NCBI RefSeq assembly: GCF_004010195.1
Contig: NC_057711.1
Location: 83,125,568 to 83,189,567 of the forward strand
Source of the DNA: Chiloscyllium plagiosum
Lineage: Eukaryota
Direction: 5' to 3'
Length of the DNA: 64,000 bases
Shown here: piece after piece, positions 1 through 13,559 of the stretch
Layout: the number at the start of each line of letters is the position of its first letter
Numbering within the stretch: the first letter of the stretch is position 1
Translations under genes and position numbers: made by a program
The notes under the pieces: generated by a model
Databases searched by the model: none
Told to the model about the DNA's origin: nothing
Seen by the model: only the letters and a program-made list of their open reading frames with translations

Positions 1-342
1 ATAACTTCCCTGGATGTATTTCCGGGAATATCCTCCCTCAGCACAGCTGTAATGCTATCCCTTATCAAAAATGCCACTCCCCCTCCTCTCTTGCCTCCCT
101 TTCTATCCTTCCTGTAGCATTTGTATCCTGGAACATTAAGCTGCCAGTCCTGCCCAATCCTGAGCCATGTTTCTGTAATTGCTATGATATCCCAGTCCCA
201 TGTTCCTAACCATGCCTTGAGTTCATCTGCCTTCCCTGTTAGGCCCTTTGCATTGAAATAAATGCAGTTTAATTTATGAGTCCTACCTTGTCCCTGCCTG
301 CCCTGACTGTTTGACTCGCTTCTGTTCTCAACTGTACCAGTC
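1..342 (-). mobile_element. CR1-type LINE, start of ORF2 (AP endonuclease), runs off the left edge
   Basis: Minus-strand translation is open: CIYFNAKGLTGKADELKAWLGTWDWDIIAITETWLRIGQDWQLNVPGYKCYRKDRKGGKRGGGVAFLIRD. It contains the APE motifs xNxxG, ITETW and R.DR...GGGVA. Confidence 0.85.
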
Positions 343-2710
343 TGAAAAATGAGCTGGTTTTCAATGGGACCTACATCCAATGCCTACCTGCTTTCACAAA
401 ATTAAGATCTGGGAGGGTAAGCTCATAGCCGATTTTCCCACCCTGCATCCACTTAGGATCCCTAAGTGGCCAATTAACAACCAGTAAAGGACCACTTTCT
501 GCTTGGGATGCAATTTTTGCAGTGCCAGACATGACAACTGACAGGTGGGTCTATCTGACTGGTAAACCTGTGTATGTTGTCTGTCAAATGGAGCAAGGTC
601 TCTCCCTCTGCAATTATTTTTGCATGATTAGGGCATAAACAAATGGGTAGTATATGACCACTGACAGACCTCCATGCCCTTTCTTCTATTCTCTATGACC
701 ACCATTCTCCTCATGGTTCTCATCCCATGAGACCTCCTGCCCCCATCAACAACTTTTTAATGGTTTGCTTCTTGATCCTGTCACTCTGAGTGATGGTGTA
801 CTAACAGCAGCCATGGCTGCCTCCATGGCAGTGGCAGGTATTATAGCTTCTGGACTGTGCAATTCTCGGTCATTGGGTCCTCAGCCAGGATGAAGGCCTT
901 CTGGTGTCCACTTAAGTGCCCAATGCAGAGGGTTGGGTCTTTTTCTATGGGTAAGAATTGGACGTTTGACACATTTTCAGACAACCACAAAATGCTTGCA
1001 AAACTTGGGAAAATTTTGCCCTATATTTGAAACCCTCAAATTAAGATTCCATCCCTCTTATAACTCTAAAATGTGTATGTCAACCATGTGACTGTGTTAA
1101 ATTATCTCTCCTTAAACTGCAACCTATCTGCAGCCTTTATTACAATTGATGATGCCATCTTCCACCAATGTCTTTGATTTTCACTCACCCACTTACCTTC
1201 CTAGCTATCCAAACATAGCCAGAAAATCACTTACAATAGTTTTTTTGTTCCTGTGCTTGTACTGTTAGCTTTCTTATGCAGATCACTGTTATGTTTTGTT
1301 TTATAATGCTCCTGTGATGTGCCATGCTTTGAGAGGTTTTATACCTGAAACACACAATATGAATACAAATTGTTGTTGCATATCTCAATGATCCATCACT
1401 GCCCCTCTTCTATTTCTCTGACCTGCTTCCCCTCATGGTATTATCCAAAAGTATGTCAAGTTTCATTTAAGGAAATGATGATGTTTCGTCCTGCTTCAGC
1501 ATCACCTCTATCAACTCTTCCGTTGACTCTTACATGTTGACATCTAACATCGATGGATCAGAAATTTAAGGTAATGGCCACTGCCATTGTCTGTGGTTTC
1601 CATTACAAATTCTGGTGACCAACTTCCTCCTTCTTCCTACCTGTTGGGTTGAGAAGAAGTTAACTGGCATCCCTTTACTCATCTTCCTCGTTTGATCACA
1701 ACAAAGGTTTAAGTTCTTGACTACACTTTTTCGAATTAAAAATGTAGTTAGCTATGTTTTGCTGTGAGCACCAAGGAGCCAGTCAACTAGGTTTTCTTGA
1801 ATCAAACTGATGTTGCTAAGCTGTTTTTTTTGGATGTAGTTAGTAGTAGCACCTTTTGCAGTTATTATAAGGATCTCAGTTCACAGCCAGTTTCCCTTAC
1901 TTCTCATTTTTTGCACAATCAGGCACAACTTCCAGAGAGAAAGAGAATTTTATTTTCTGAAAGTTGCTGATGATAGGGAGTGTCTCTGTAGTAAAAGCCA
2001 CAAGCTTACAATCGCAGCTTCTCATAGGAAGGGAGGTTAACTGTATCAAAACTGGTTATTGATCCATAATAGGGACAATGCATTTTTACAAAGTATTTTA
2101 TTGGTCGATACAGAGTTCCCCTGTGATCCTTTGATGTAGTTGGGGAAGCGTGAGGAGGTGGCTCAATCCTGCCCTTTGCATAGCAGGTTTTGTGTTGAAG
2201 TCTTTGTTCCAGTAGTTCTTATGCTCAAGAGATCTCGGATTTCACATTGTCCGGGGATGACTCTCTTGCTTTATCACCTCGACATTAGAAGGCAACCTTG
2301 CATTTTTAAAGTGTTTTGTCTTGTTTCGGTTCAAGTCTTTAGAAATCCTTTGCATATTTCTGTGAATTTGGCTACTTTAATGTGAGGTGTCTTTGGGGAT
2401 TGCTTTAATGGATCCTGGTTTATTTTTAACTGTTTTTCTCTCAACCCCAAAGTTTAAGCTTTTCAAGTTAATCAATTAGAGTTTCAAAGTTAATAGTCTG
2501 CATTTATCTATTGGATTCTAAACCAAAGTCTTAAGCTTTAACAAGGGAATTGCAAATTTTTGAAGACGTAGGTGAACTGGATAAAAGGAATAATAGGTAG
2601 CATGGTAGAACTACAGTGACACACAATTAAGAAACTCTCAATAAAATATATTCCATTAAGAAAGAGAAAGTTACAGGAGAGATGGTTAGGTTACTTTTTG
2701 TTAGAAATGA

Positions 2711-3720
2711 TCATTGGCTGGCACTTATGTGGTGCAAATGATACTTGCAACTTAACAACCCTAGCCTGAATTTTATCCAGGTCATGTTGCATATGGACTC
2801 CTCAATATTTAAGGAGTTAAGCATGGTGCTGAACATTCTACAATCATCAGTAAACATCCTCACTTCTGATCTCATGATGGAGGGAAAGTCATTGTTGAAA
2901 CAGATGAAGATAGATGGGCAATGTTGGATTTGTCCTGACGGTTGTGGGCAGCACATTCATAGGCAATTTTCTACACTGCCACATAGATGACTGAAAGCAA
3001 AAAATGTTGGAGATCTCAGCGGATCAGGCAGCATCCATGGATAGAAAGCAAGATAACATCATTTAGACTCGAAATGTTAGCATGCTTTCTCTCCATGGAT
3101 ACTACCTGACCTGCTGAGATCTCCAGAGCACTTTTTGTTTTCTGGACAAATTCCAACATCTGCAGCAATATGCTCCTACATTGCCAAATAGATGAAAGTT
3201 TGTAGCTTTACTGGAACAACTTGTCTAGGGGCATGGCTGGGTCTTGAGCACCATTTACTAGCATGATGTCAAGGTTCATAGCCTTTTCAATGCTCTCAGC
3301 TATTTTTAATAGCTTTTGCACTGGTGTGCTGGACTCCCCTATCACTGAGTGTGGGGATATGTGCAGAGCATGGTCCTCGAGTTTGTTTTTTAATTATTCA
3401 CCACTTTCACAACTGGATGTAGCAAGACTGCAGTTATCAGTGAATTACTCAGTTCCTTCAATTGCATACTACTTTTGCTGTTGCTGTTGCAGTAGTCTTG
3501 TTCTGTAGTTTCACCAGGTCTAAGACCTAATTTTTAATATGTCTGTTGTTGCTCTTGACATGTTCTCCTGCATCGCATATTGATCCCCTGGCTTGAAGGT
3601 AATTCTAGAGTGGGAGGTATACTGGGCCATTAGCTTATAGATTGTGGTCAAATCCTATATTTTGCAACTTATGACCTACAATACTGAATCTTGAATTTCT
3701 AGATCTGTTTAAAATTTATC
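2711..3720 (-). mobile_element. Decayed non-LTR retrotransposon (second LINE family), RT region
   Basis: ORF 2711-2956(-) has FNNDFPS...MFTDDC, a decayed (F/Y)ADD motif. Related sequence occurs at 22140-22650 and 50530-51600. Confidence 0.6.
2991..3175. mobile_element. Short hairpin-shaped non-autonomous element (putatively Penelope-derived) with TSD
   Basis: Inverted arms GGAGATCTCAGCGGATCAGGCAGCATCCATGG / CCATGGATACTACCTGACCTGCTGAGATCTCC. A 20-bp imperfect TSD lies at 2971-2990 and 3176-3195. Confidence 0.65.
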
Positions 3721-4194
3721 CCATTATCAGGGTAGAAATGTTCATCATTTCAAATATTTTCTCTCACACAATAACCATTTTATCAAATATATACATACCT
3801 GAGAAATGTTTTTCAGTGCATTTTCTCCATGTATTCCCTCCTGTTAGTTACTTCAGATACAACAATGACTTCTGGATGTGTATATCAATATCCCACAATC
3901 ATGCCATGCATTCTTGACTTCCAGGAGATATTTTTGAAAGATTAAAAGCTTGGTCACAGGGATGCATGCATTTCCTCCTCATTTGGTCCCAATTTCCTGG
4001 ATGCTAGCCAAATCATCCAATTTGGTTCTCTTAAAGAAAAGCTTCATGGGCAAGGACATACATTATCTCCAAGAGAATGCTATTAATAACTAATTTCATC
4101 GACATTTTCCTTTACAGTCCACCTAACTACATTTAGATGAATTATTCTCTTTCCCATTTGATGCTGTGTTACTTTGTTCTTTCTCTATTATAGA

Positions 4195-4730
4195 GTCAAT
4201 GTCATAGAGTCCTACAGCATGGAGACAGGCCCTTTGGCCCAGACTGGTCCATGCTGACCAAAATATTCATCCATGCTAACCCCATTTCCCTGCACTTGGC
4301 CCATACACTCCCAACCTTTTCCTATCCATGTCCAAATGTCCTTTAAATGTTGTTAGTGCACCCACCTCAACCATTTCCACTAACAGCTCATTTCATATGT
4401 ATACCACCCTCTACGTAAAAAAGTTGCTCTTCTGGTTCCCTTTTATTCTTTCCTCCCTAACATTAAGCTGATGGCCTCTAGTCCTCAATTACCCAACCCT
4501 GGGAAAAAGACTGAGTACATTCACCCAATCCATGCCTCTCATGATCATACAACCTCTATAAGCTCCCCCCTCAGTCTCCTATGCTCTAAAGAAAATGTCT
4601 AGGTTGTCCAACATCTCCGTGTAACCCTTGCAACATCCTTGTAAATTTCTTCTGCTCTCTTTCCAGTTTAATAACATCCTTCCTATAGCAAGGTGAGCAA
4701 AACTGAAGACAATACTCCAAGTGCACAATA
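4195..4730 (-). mobile_element. CR1-type LINE 3' fragment
   Basis: ATAGAGTC-type tail plus antisense ORF2 C-terminus homologous to 14490-15198. Confidence 0.8.
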
Positions 4731-5570
4731 TTCTAAGTGCAGTATCCCATTCTATCTGATTTAGGGGCTCTGGAAAAACTTTACTGTCCGGTTTAATCAG
4801 ATGTTTTCATAATAGCTTTAAAACTGAGATCAAAAATTATACTGTGATTTCAAGCATGACCAAATTCTGTTTGTTTATTCTTGCAGAAAATACTTACAAT
4901 CTTTCTCAAAAGTAGCTTGCTAAATTATGCATGACTTTTTTTTGTGAGGGAGGTGGTTTTGAAGTGGTATCTTTAGCTTTTCTTTGTTTTTTCCTTAGGG
5001 TGATTTAGAGGAACTCCTGGTCTTCTCTTAAGAAAATTGTGTCCCATTCCCCTTGATCCTTTCTCTCATCTCTCCACATCTATCCCTATTGCTATATCTT
5101 ATTTTGGGGGTAGCCATCTATGTTGTATCAATCACCTGTCGAAATCGTCTCAGCCAATGACCATGGGCAGCTACTCATGATATCAGGATGATCAATATAC
5201 CATTCCCACCTCCATTTGAAGGTTAGTTTTCATTCTTTCCAAGAACAAACCTTCTCATTTTCAAAAACACTGCACTCATAACAAGATGGTGTGGCACCCA
5301 ATGCATCTTTTGTTCATGCTTGTAGAGGGCTAGTTACTATTGTAATACAGTTAGATAAGGTCACATACTACACAGGAAATGCCGAATATGGAATACTAAG
5401 AGACCACAGTTTTAAAGAGGGCCCAAATTTCCAATAATAGTGCCACACAACATGATGGAGGATATCCTCATTATGGAGATGAGACTTAGTTTTCTGTGAG
5501 GTGAAGAACTGTGAGGTGTCATTCCTCTGAATACTCTCATGGAAGATGCTTCTGTAACAACTAAACTGAT

Positions 5571-5670
5571 GAGTTCTGAAAAATGTCATACTGGACTCAA
5601 AATGTTGACTCTATTCCTTACTCCACAGATGCTGCCAGACCTGCTGAGTTTCTCCAACACTTTTATTTTT
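5571..5670 (+). mobile_element. Short putatively Penelope-derived element with decayed hammerhead-like core
   Basis: GAGTT-CTGAAAA...GGACTC-AAAATGTT-GACTC followed by the family motif GATGCTGCCAGACCTGCTG. Confidence 0.5.
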
Positions 5671-5679
5671 TAACTAGAT

Positions 5680-6400
5680 TGAGGTCAAATACATTTTCTC
5701 TTCTTGTTTATTCACTTACAACCTGCCAGAGATCCAGTCTAACAGCTATGTCCTTTCGGAATCATCCAACACATTCAGTAATGGTTGATAATGGACATTG
5801 AAATACCCCATCCAGAGTTCAATTTGTGTCCTTACCATCTTCAGTGCTTCTCCTAATTGGTAGTCAATATCAAGGTATACAGACTCATTAGTTGTTGGGT
5901 GGTCTGAGAGAGGGGAGGTACGGGCAGTTAGCATAGACTTTGATGCCAATTTCATTACGCCCAGACGCAATGTTGAGGACAACTCCCTTTTGACTGTGTG
6001 TCATTATGCTCCCATCTCTAGTGGTTCTGTTTGATCAGGAGAACAGGACATACTATGGATGGTGAGAATGGAGAGATATTGTCTATAAAGTATGATTCAA
6101 TGTCTCTGACTATGATGGACTGTTGTTTGATTAGTCTGTGGGACTCAAAATTTAGCATAAACTCCAAGGTATTAGTAAGAAGAACTTAGCAGGTTCAACA
6201 GAGTCAAACTGTTTCTGATACCTAGACCAATGCAGGATAGTTACTTTGGTTTTATTAATTGTTGCTATTGTAGTTGTCAGATAAACTGAATGGCTTTCTA
6301 AGTCATACCAGGGACTGTCAAGAACCACAAACAATTCCATGGACCTGGAGTCACATGTAGGCTAGACAGGTAAGGATAGCAGACTTCCTGAGTTTTTTTT
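5680..6400 (-). mobile_element. Decayed LINE fragment (second family, endonuclease/5' region)
   Basis: Similar to 51200-51700 and 59200-60560 (e.g. GATAATGGACATTGAAATACCCCATCCAGAG). Confidence 0.5.
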
Positions 6401-6459
6401 AAATGGCAATTGACAATTGACAATGGACTGAGGCTACTTCTGAATTACAGAGTTATTAA

Positions 6460-7810
6460 TGGAGTATTAAATGAAAAGTCAAAGATGTTGAGTAAAATGT
6501 GGTAAAGTATGAAATTGTCCATTTTGGCAGAAGTGCTGAAAATTAAGCATATTATCTAAAAGATGAAAGATTGCAAAACTCTGAAATGCAGAGGGACCTA
6601 GTGTCTCCATGCATGAATTGTAAAAGATTAGCATGTAAGTACAGCAAGTAATTAGGAAAGCAAAGAATGTTATCATTTATTATGTGGGAAATTGAATACA
6701 AAAGTTGTGATCTTATGCTTTAGTTAAACAGGACATAGCTGAGACCATAACTCGAGTATGGTACACAGTATTGGTCACCTTATTTAAAGAATCCCTTCAG
6801 TGTGAAAGTAGGTCTTTTGGTCCATCAAACCCACACTGACCCTCCCAGAACATCCCACCCAGACCTGCCGCATCCCTGCATCCCTGCATTTCCCATGGCT
6901 GATCCACTTAGCCAGTACATTTTTGGACTGTGGAAGGAAATCTATGCAGAGACAGAGAGAACATGCAAACCCCACATAGGCAGTCACTCGAGGATGGAAC
7001 TGAATATGTGTCCCTAGTGCTGTGAGGCAGCATGCGAGTACCAGTGGATATAGATGCATTACAGGCAGTTCAGAAAATGTCTACTAGATGAATAACTGGA
7101 ATGGGGAGGGTGGTTCACTAATGACAACAGGTTAGAGAGGCTAGGTTGTAGCTGTTGGAGTTTCAAAGAGTGAGAAGTGATTTCATTGAAACATAAGATT
7201 TTGAGGGATCTTAACAGCGCAGATGGGAGAAGAGGAGATTGGATAAAGGTATTTAAAATTGTAAGGAGTTTGAACCAGGAACCTTCTCTGCTCCAACGAG
7301 ATCACTCAGCTTCCTCAATCCATGCACACAAATGAAATTACTCATCCATGCAAAGTTTCTTGTGAACCTTTTCTGCACATTAATGCCTTCACATGCTTTG
7401 TGGAGTGCAGTGACAAGATATTTTCTAAATCAAGTTTTCATAATTTCCTCTTGTTTGTGTTCTATTTATAAAGCCCAGAGTCTCATATGCCTTACAATGT
7501 GGTGGAATTTAGAACAAAAGGACCCAATGTCAAAGTCAGATATAGATCATTTTGGATTGAGATGAGGAGAAATTCCTTCACACAATTCGCAGGGAATCTT
7601 TGGAATTCTCTACCCCACAATATTGTGGATACTTATTGAATTGTTGAATAGATCTAACACTGAAATTGACAGACTTTTGGTCTCTCTGAGAATCAAGAGA
7701 TATGGGGAAGTAAAGTTAAAGCCAAAGATGGAGGCAAAGATTGTATTGAATAGAGTAGCAGGCAAGACTGGAGGCAGGGTCTACGCCTAATACTTTTTCA
7801 TCCATTCTTA
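6460..7810 (+). mobile_element. Fragmented CR1-type LINE 3' region, interrupted by a SINE and another fragment
   Basis: Homologous to the CR1 copies at 18490-19510 and 24205-25100. Confidence 0.65.
6810..7035 (-). mobile_element. tRNA-derived SINE (HE1-like)
   Basis: Antisense homologue of the SINE at 35258-35918 (TCCCTAGTGCTGTGAGGCAGC; GGACTGTGGAAGGAAA). Confidence 0.65.
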
Positions 7811-8140
7811 TGTTTATTAATCACTTTTACAACCTACCCTGTACCTTTAATGTTTTGTGCACATATGACCTCAGGTCGCCACGCTTCTCCATGGCCTTTG
7901 GAACTGTATCCTTAATTTTACATTGCCTTTTCTCGATCATCTTGGAAAAAGAAAAAGAAAATTTCTCTGTATAAAATTTAATTTGCTATTTATCTGTTCA
8001 TTCCACACGTTTGTGTATGCCCATTTGAAGAATTCATTATCAATCTTATATTCACAATACTTCCAACCTTAGTGCTAATCACAAATTTTGAAATTCTGCC
8101 TATGCATCCAAGTCTAGGTCATTACTATAGATTAAGAATA

Positions 8141-10066
8141 CAGTTTGTTCAGGTATAACATGTAGTTGCATTCCTACGAGACCTTGTGTCATAGAAAATC
8201 ATGCAATAGAAATAACAGAGCCTATGGGTAAAGCATGGTTGGATGTTTTACCCATAGGCATAAGATCAGTAAAAATTGTAACAAAAATAGTAGTTAGCCT
8301 AACAGAAATGATAGCACAGTCTAAATAAATTTTCAAATAAAATATTTTAATGAAATAATACAGTAAATTTAATACTTAAGGGGGTTTCTGAGTTTGCTGA
8401 GTTACAGCACTGTATTAAGACAGGGGATGAGGGTCATCATCAGCATCATCATTACTGACAGTTCTGGGTGCAGGGTTACGACGAAAGGAAATATTTAGTC
8501 CTGAAGTGGATGGCTGTCGTTCATCATCCTCAGACTCTTTCTTGGGGGCTTGGCTAAAAAAAAGGCATCTAGTCTTTTCTGCTTTGCCATCTTTCTTCTT
8601 TCATGAAGAAGCTGTTCATAGGGTACTAGATAAGTCTTTATGCCAAGAAGAGTGATCCTGCTGCATTTTGCATTGTAGTCATTGTCTTCTAAGAGCTGCA
8701 ATTGCTTCTCAACTTCCTTCAGGACTGAAGAAAAAAAAGAAGTGGAAAGTTCTTGTGGTGCTGCATCCTGGACTTCAATGTCTTCATCTCGAGCTTCAAT
8801 TTCCCCCGCAACAACAAGTTGTTGGAGATCAGCTGTGGAGAAGTCTTCACAATGGGGCTCAAGCAACTCCTCAACATCAAAGGACATTGTGTCACTCTTA
8901 CAAAGCAAGTTGGATTTGAGAAGTGGCAACTGTATTCCTAAACTCCACTTCTTCAAATCCAACTTGCTTTGCAAGAGTGATACAATGTTCTTTGATTGCT
9001 GGAAGCTCCTCTGATGGTTCAATGCCTTTAACGTCATGAAGAAGATCTAAGAGAAGCTTCCACCAAACTACATACAGGCAATCCTCACTGACATCACCCC
9101 AGGCCTCCACAATGATGGCAATAGCATTCCTAATGTTAAAGTTCTCCCAAAATTGAAGAACACTGTCCTCATTATTCCCCTCAGTAAATGAAATCAGCTT
9201 CTTGAATGTGTGCCTTAAATAATAAGCTTTAAAAGTTGCTAATGCACCCTGGTCCATGGGTTGAATGAAAGAGATTATCTTTGGCGGTAGAAATAGTACT
9301 TTGATGTTTTTAGAAAGCTCACCGATGGTGGGTGAATGGCTTGGTGCATTGTCCAATAATTTCTAAATATAGTCAGAAAAAAAAATTGCCCCGTCATCCA
9401 ACCTCTTTTGCTTGACCTGAAGTAGTCACTGTAAGTGGACTTAAGGTAAACTTTCAAGGCTCGCAGGTTGGCAGAGTGGTACACCAACACAGGCTTAAGC
9501 TTTAAGACTCCACTAGCATTGGCAGCCAAAAACGCAGTCATATGATCCTTTGTGACCTAAAATCTGGTGTGCTTCATTCTTAGAAACGTAGGTTCTGGAT
9601 GACATTCACTTTCAGTATAAACCTGTCTCGTCCAAATTGAAGATTTGATCTATGGTGTCGCCTTCTTCCTCAATCAATGAGAGGAAATGACAGTGCACGT
9701 TCCTCATCTGTTCTGACAGCTTCACTACATAACTTCAGGTTTTGAAAAGTATAGTGGCTCTTAAATCCAGAAAACCAACCTTTATTAGCACTGACGACAA
9801 GCACATCTGCAGGATTTTCATCTGTTTTCCTTAGGTCCTCATAAATTGATAAGGTTTTCTGTTTGATAGTAAGAAAGGTTGTCCCAGATCGATTTTACAC
9901 ACACTTAGCAGCCACTCCGTCCTCTCAAGTTCCTTTGTTCCTGGTCTCACAGACTCATGTAATAGTCAATGGGAGTTCACATTTTTAAAAAAACTGTTCC
10001 CCAATTCACCAATCGCGTTACAGCCAAATCATGTTGATGAAACATGTGTTATAGGAGAATAACATG
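8141..10066 (-). mobile_element. Tigger/pogo-family DNA transposon fossil, frameshifted transposase
   Basis: Minus-strand ORF pieces TAFLAANASGVLKLKPVLVYHSAN, MDNAPSH, FLPPK..SFIQPMDQG..ATFKAYYLR are DDE_1 motifs. Degenerate TIRs (TA)CAGTTTGTTCAGGTATAACATG and CATGTGTTATAGGAGAATAACATG bound it. Confidence 0.9.
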
Positions 10067-10159
10067 TTGCAGGAAACATAGCTCCAACCCCTGGGGCAAC
10101 CCACCAGTACATTACTTTAGACCAAAAACAACAGTTCATCAGTACTGTCTGTCTCCTTT

Positions 10160-10530
10160 CATAGAGTCATAGAGTCATACAGCATGGAAACTGACCCTTC
10201 AGGCCAACTCGTCCTTGCCAACCAGGTATCCTAAACTGAACTAGTCCCATTTGCCTGCATTTGGCCCATATCCCTTTAATCTTGACTCTCAGCTCCAGCA
10301 TCTGCAGTACCCACCTCCGCCATATCCCTCTAAACCTATCCTATTCATTCACGTGTCCAAATGTCTTTTAAATGTTATAATTCCATACACACACCACCCT
10401 CTCTGTGAAAAGGTTGCCCCTCAGGTCCTTTGTAAATCCTTTCCCTCTCACCTTAAATCTTTTGCCATCTAGTTTTGGACTCCGCTACCCTTGCAAAAAG
10501 ACCTTGCCTATTCAATTTATCTATGCCCTT
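10160..10530 (-). mobile_element. CR1-type LINE 3' end with a ~40-bp TSD-flanked insert at 10280-10319
   Basis: (ATAGAGTC)n tail. The insert containing CTCCAGCATCTGCAGT is flanked by a CCATATCCCTYTAA duplication. Confidence 0.8.
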
Positions 10531-11349
10531 CAGCATGTAAAATTAAAGTGCATGGAGTTGGGAGTTGTATACTGGGAAACCAGCCCTACTTTCTTTTGGT
10601 ATAGAAAAATAAAACCTGCAGTTTAAAACATGTACATTATAGTAATCAAAGTAAATAAAGAAACCACATTCCTTCTGTTATGGTAATGAGTTTACAACAG
10701 AGGTCTTGCAGCACACTACGAATATACAACAAAGGACAAAAGTAAGCCACTTGGCCCTTTAGCATAGCTGATTTAATTTTAACCTCAACTCTACACCCTT
10801 GTATATCCTTGATAATCTATCACCTTTTTACAAATCAAAGATCTATTTACCTCCGCCTTAAAAATATTTAAAGACTTTGTATCCATTCCCTTTTGAGAAA
10901 GGGAATTCTAAAGACTTACAAGCCCCTGAGAGAAATAAAAGTTTCCTTATCTCTGTTTTAAATGGGCTCTCCTTTACTTTTAAACTATGCCTCCTGTTTC
11001 TCGAATATCTCTGGGAAGAAGCCACAGGTTCAAATCGCACTTCTGGACTGAACCAATCATAACATGGCCAAATCGGTTGATTATTTGCCTGTAAATCTTT
11101 GCAATACCTGTTGCCAGCAGTAAGAGCAGGAGAATTTCCTGGTCAGCCACCTTGCAGAAGGCAATGTACTCTGCCAAGTATGTTCAGGGACCAATCAGTG
11201 GAAGCCTGTGGCTCCCAATGCCCCCTTAGAGCATGGCACCTGAAGAGAAAGAAAAGAAATGAGCTCAAATGCTTGTCATTTCTAAGGGTATTGACCCAAA
11301 ATTAATTCTGTTATAAAAAGCATAATAAATAAAATCCATCTCATTTATC

Positions 11350-12260
11350 ATTACTTAAACAATAATTTCGGAGCAAACATAATGGTCATTCAGACAAACA
11401 TGGAAAATTAAGGAAAGACAGCACGGATTTGTTAATGGAAAATCATGATTAACTAACAACTGAGCTTTTTGATAAGGTAGCAGAAAGGATTGCTGATAAT
11501 AAAACTTTTGATGTAGTGTACATGGACTTCCAAAAGGCAGTTGATGAAGCATCACAGAAAAGATTGTGGGTAAGTTACAGTTTATGGAACAAAAGTGACA
11601 GTAGCAGTATGGATACAAAATTAGCTGGTTGAAAGCAAGTACATAATGTCGGCTCCTGTACTCAAACCCTCTTGATCTGAAGACCAATGTACCATTCCCC
11701 TTCTTCACTGCCTGCTGCATCTGTATGTTGACTTTCAGTGCCTGGTGTAAAAGGATACCAGGTCTCATTGCACCTCCCCCTTTATCAGTCTATCGACATC
11801 CAGATAATAATCTAATTTCCTGTGTTGTAATGCCAAATAGGATGAATTCACATTTAACCACATTATACTTCATCTGCCATGCATTTGCCCACTCAACCAA
11901 TTTGCCAAAATCACACTGAAACATTTCTGCATCCACCTTCCAGCTCATCCTCCCACCCACTGAGTCATAGAGATCAGCAGCATAGAAAAAATGCCCTTCG
12001 ACCTATTTAGTCTGTATCAAACTATTCTAATCACATCTAATCCCATTCAGCTTTGTCTTGCCTGTAAACATGGGGATATTACATTTCCTTCCACTTCTAA
12101 GTCATCAATATATATTCTGAATATCTGAGGTCCATGTACTGATCCCTGTAGTATCCCAACAGTTATTGGCTGCCACTTGGAAAATGACCCAGTTATTCTT
12201 ATTCTTTGTTTCCTGTCTGCCAACCAGTTTTCTCTCCATGTCAGTACACAATTCCCAATT
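11350..12260. mobile_element. CR1-type RT fragments in opposite orientations (+ 11350-11640, - 11655-12260)
   Basis: The + part encodes QHGF..GKS and DVVYMDFQKA-like motifs. The - part encodes QMQQAVKKGNG..FEYRS. Confidence 0.7.
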
Positions 12261-12589
12261 CCAGAGAATATAAAGAATTAGCTTGATAACATTGCATGAT
12301 ATTTTGAATGATCTTTGATTTCCCTATCTAGTATTATTTTTCAAGTGTTAAGCATAGCATATTACTGGACAACCATTGGTATATTGGTATAATTGACAGA
12401 ATTAGTGGTGGTTGTGTGTTGTTGTATTAGAATGTTATGTCTATCAACTGTATTTCTGTATTTTGTTTTGGCTAAGTGTCAAGTTCATTGAGTTTCATGA
12501 AAGCATTCACTCCTTGAGGCCTACTGAGTTTTCTTGCTGCAACTTACCAAACCTCAGTAACTACTGACCCCACATCTGTGGCATCCCTC

Positions 12590-13500
12590 TCATCTGATTC
12601 AAGCCCGATTTTACCATTCTCCATATACAGCACCACTTGCCACACCTGGTAATGTCTGGCATCCCTGCCACAGGTGCCATATTTAAATGGTTGTTGTGCC
12701 TACAACTGGTGCACTGGAAAGGTTTACAGGCTAATAATCAATCTATTTGGCCATGTTATGAACGCACCAGTCCTGAAGTAGGATTTAAACTCAAAGTTTC
12801 TGTCCAGAGGCTGTATCATGACTAGTATGCCAAAAGATCTTTGTTGTTGTGACAAACGCTGTTAGACTAGAGCTTGTCTGGCACATTTCCTGATATTTAT
12901 CCTGTTCATGGCAGGAGAGGGGCCCATGACACAAGTCTGGTTGACCTCGCCACAGGGGTCCTTACAGTCTCAGCCAGCTCATTGATGCTCAGCAGTATAG
13001 GAAGAAGGTCAATACCCTTCTCCAGTCCACCAATGTATATGACACCATCTACACTTCATTATCTCACACTCACTCCTCCTTCCCACCTCCAAATAAGTCT
13101 CAAGCCCTAACACTCTCACTCCTCCTTCCCACCTCCAAATAAGTCTCATGCCCTAACACTCTCACTATTATGTTCAAACTTTCCCTTCTTTGCTGTCATC
13201 CACCCCTGGCATCACTAACCCTGAATGTCCTCTGAGCTGCCTACTCACTCAATTGGGACACCTCCCCACCAGTACCAGAAGTAACAGCCACCCATTTCCA
13301 ACTTCCTTAATACCTGCCTTTCTCTCACTGCACAAAGAAAACACCCCAAAATCGGACTATGAGGGGACCCAGACTGTGACTGCTTTGAGCAGCTGACTGG
13401 CTGTGGCCAAGCCTCTAGACCAGTATCAGGAGCTAGAAACCTTCCCCCCTCCATCAAATGTTATTTCCTTTAACTTGACCGAGGACTGCTATAAACCATG
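12590..13500 (+). mobile_element. Possible PIF/Harbinger remnant (Myb/SANT-like fragment)
   Basis: About 12984-13020 reads DAQQYRKKVNTL, resembling the QCRKKxNDL helix of Harbinger Myb-like proteins. Highly decayed. Confidence 0.3.
13069..13166. repeat. 46-bp tandem duplication (~2.1 copies)
   Basis: CTCACTCCTCCTTCCCACCTCCAAATAAGTCTCA(A/T)GCCCTAACACT is repeated at 13069 and 13115. Confidence 0.95.
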
Positions 13501-13559
13501 GCAAGCTTCTGTCTGTGCTCAATGGCAAGGCATTACAAAAGAACTGTAACATTGGTAGA

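Noticed and set aside
345..1021. Possible Harbinger-like non-autonomous element
   Set aside because: The texture is suggestive, but I could not define TIRs, a TSD or coding remnants.
8495..9541. Domesticated TIGD-like host gene
   Set aside because: Multiple frameshifts and stops plus retained TIRs indicate a dead transposon.
13069..13166. CRISPR-like or functional repeat array
   Set aside because: A simple two-copy tandem duplication with no spacers, in a eukaryotic context.
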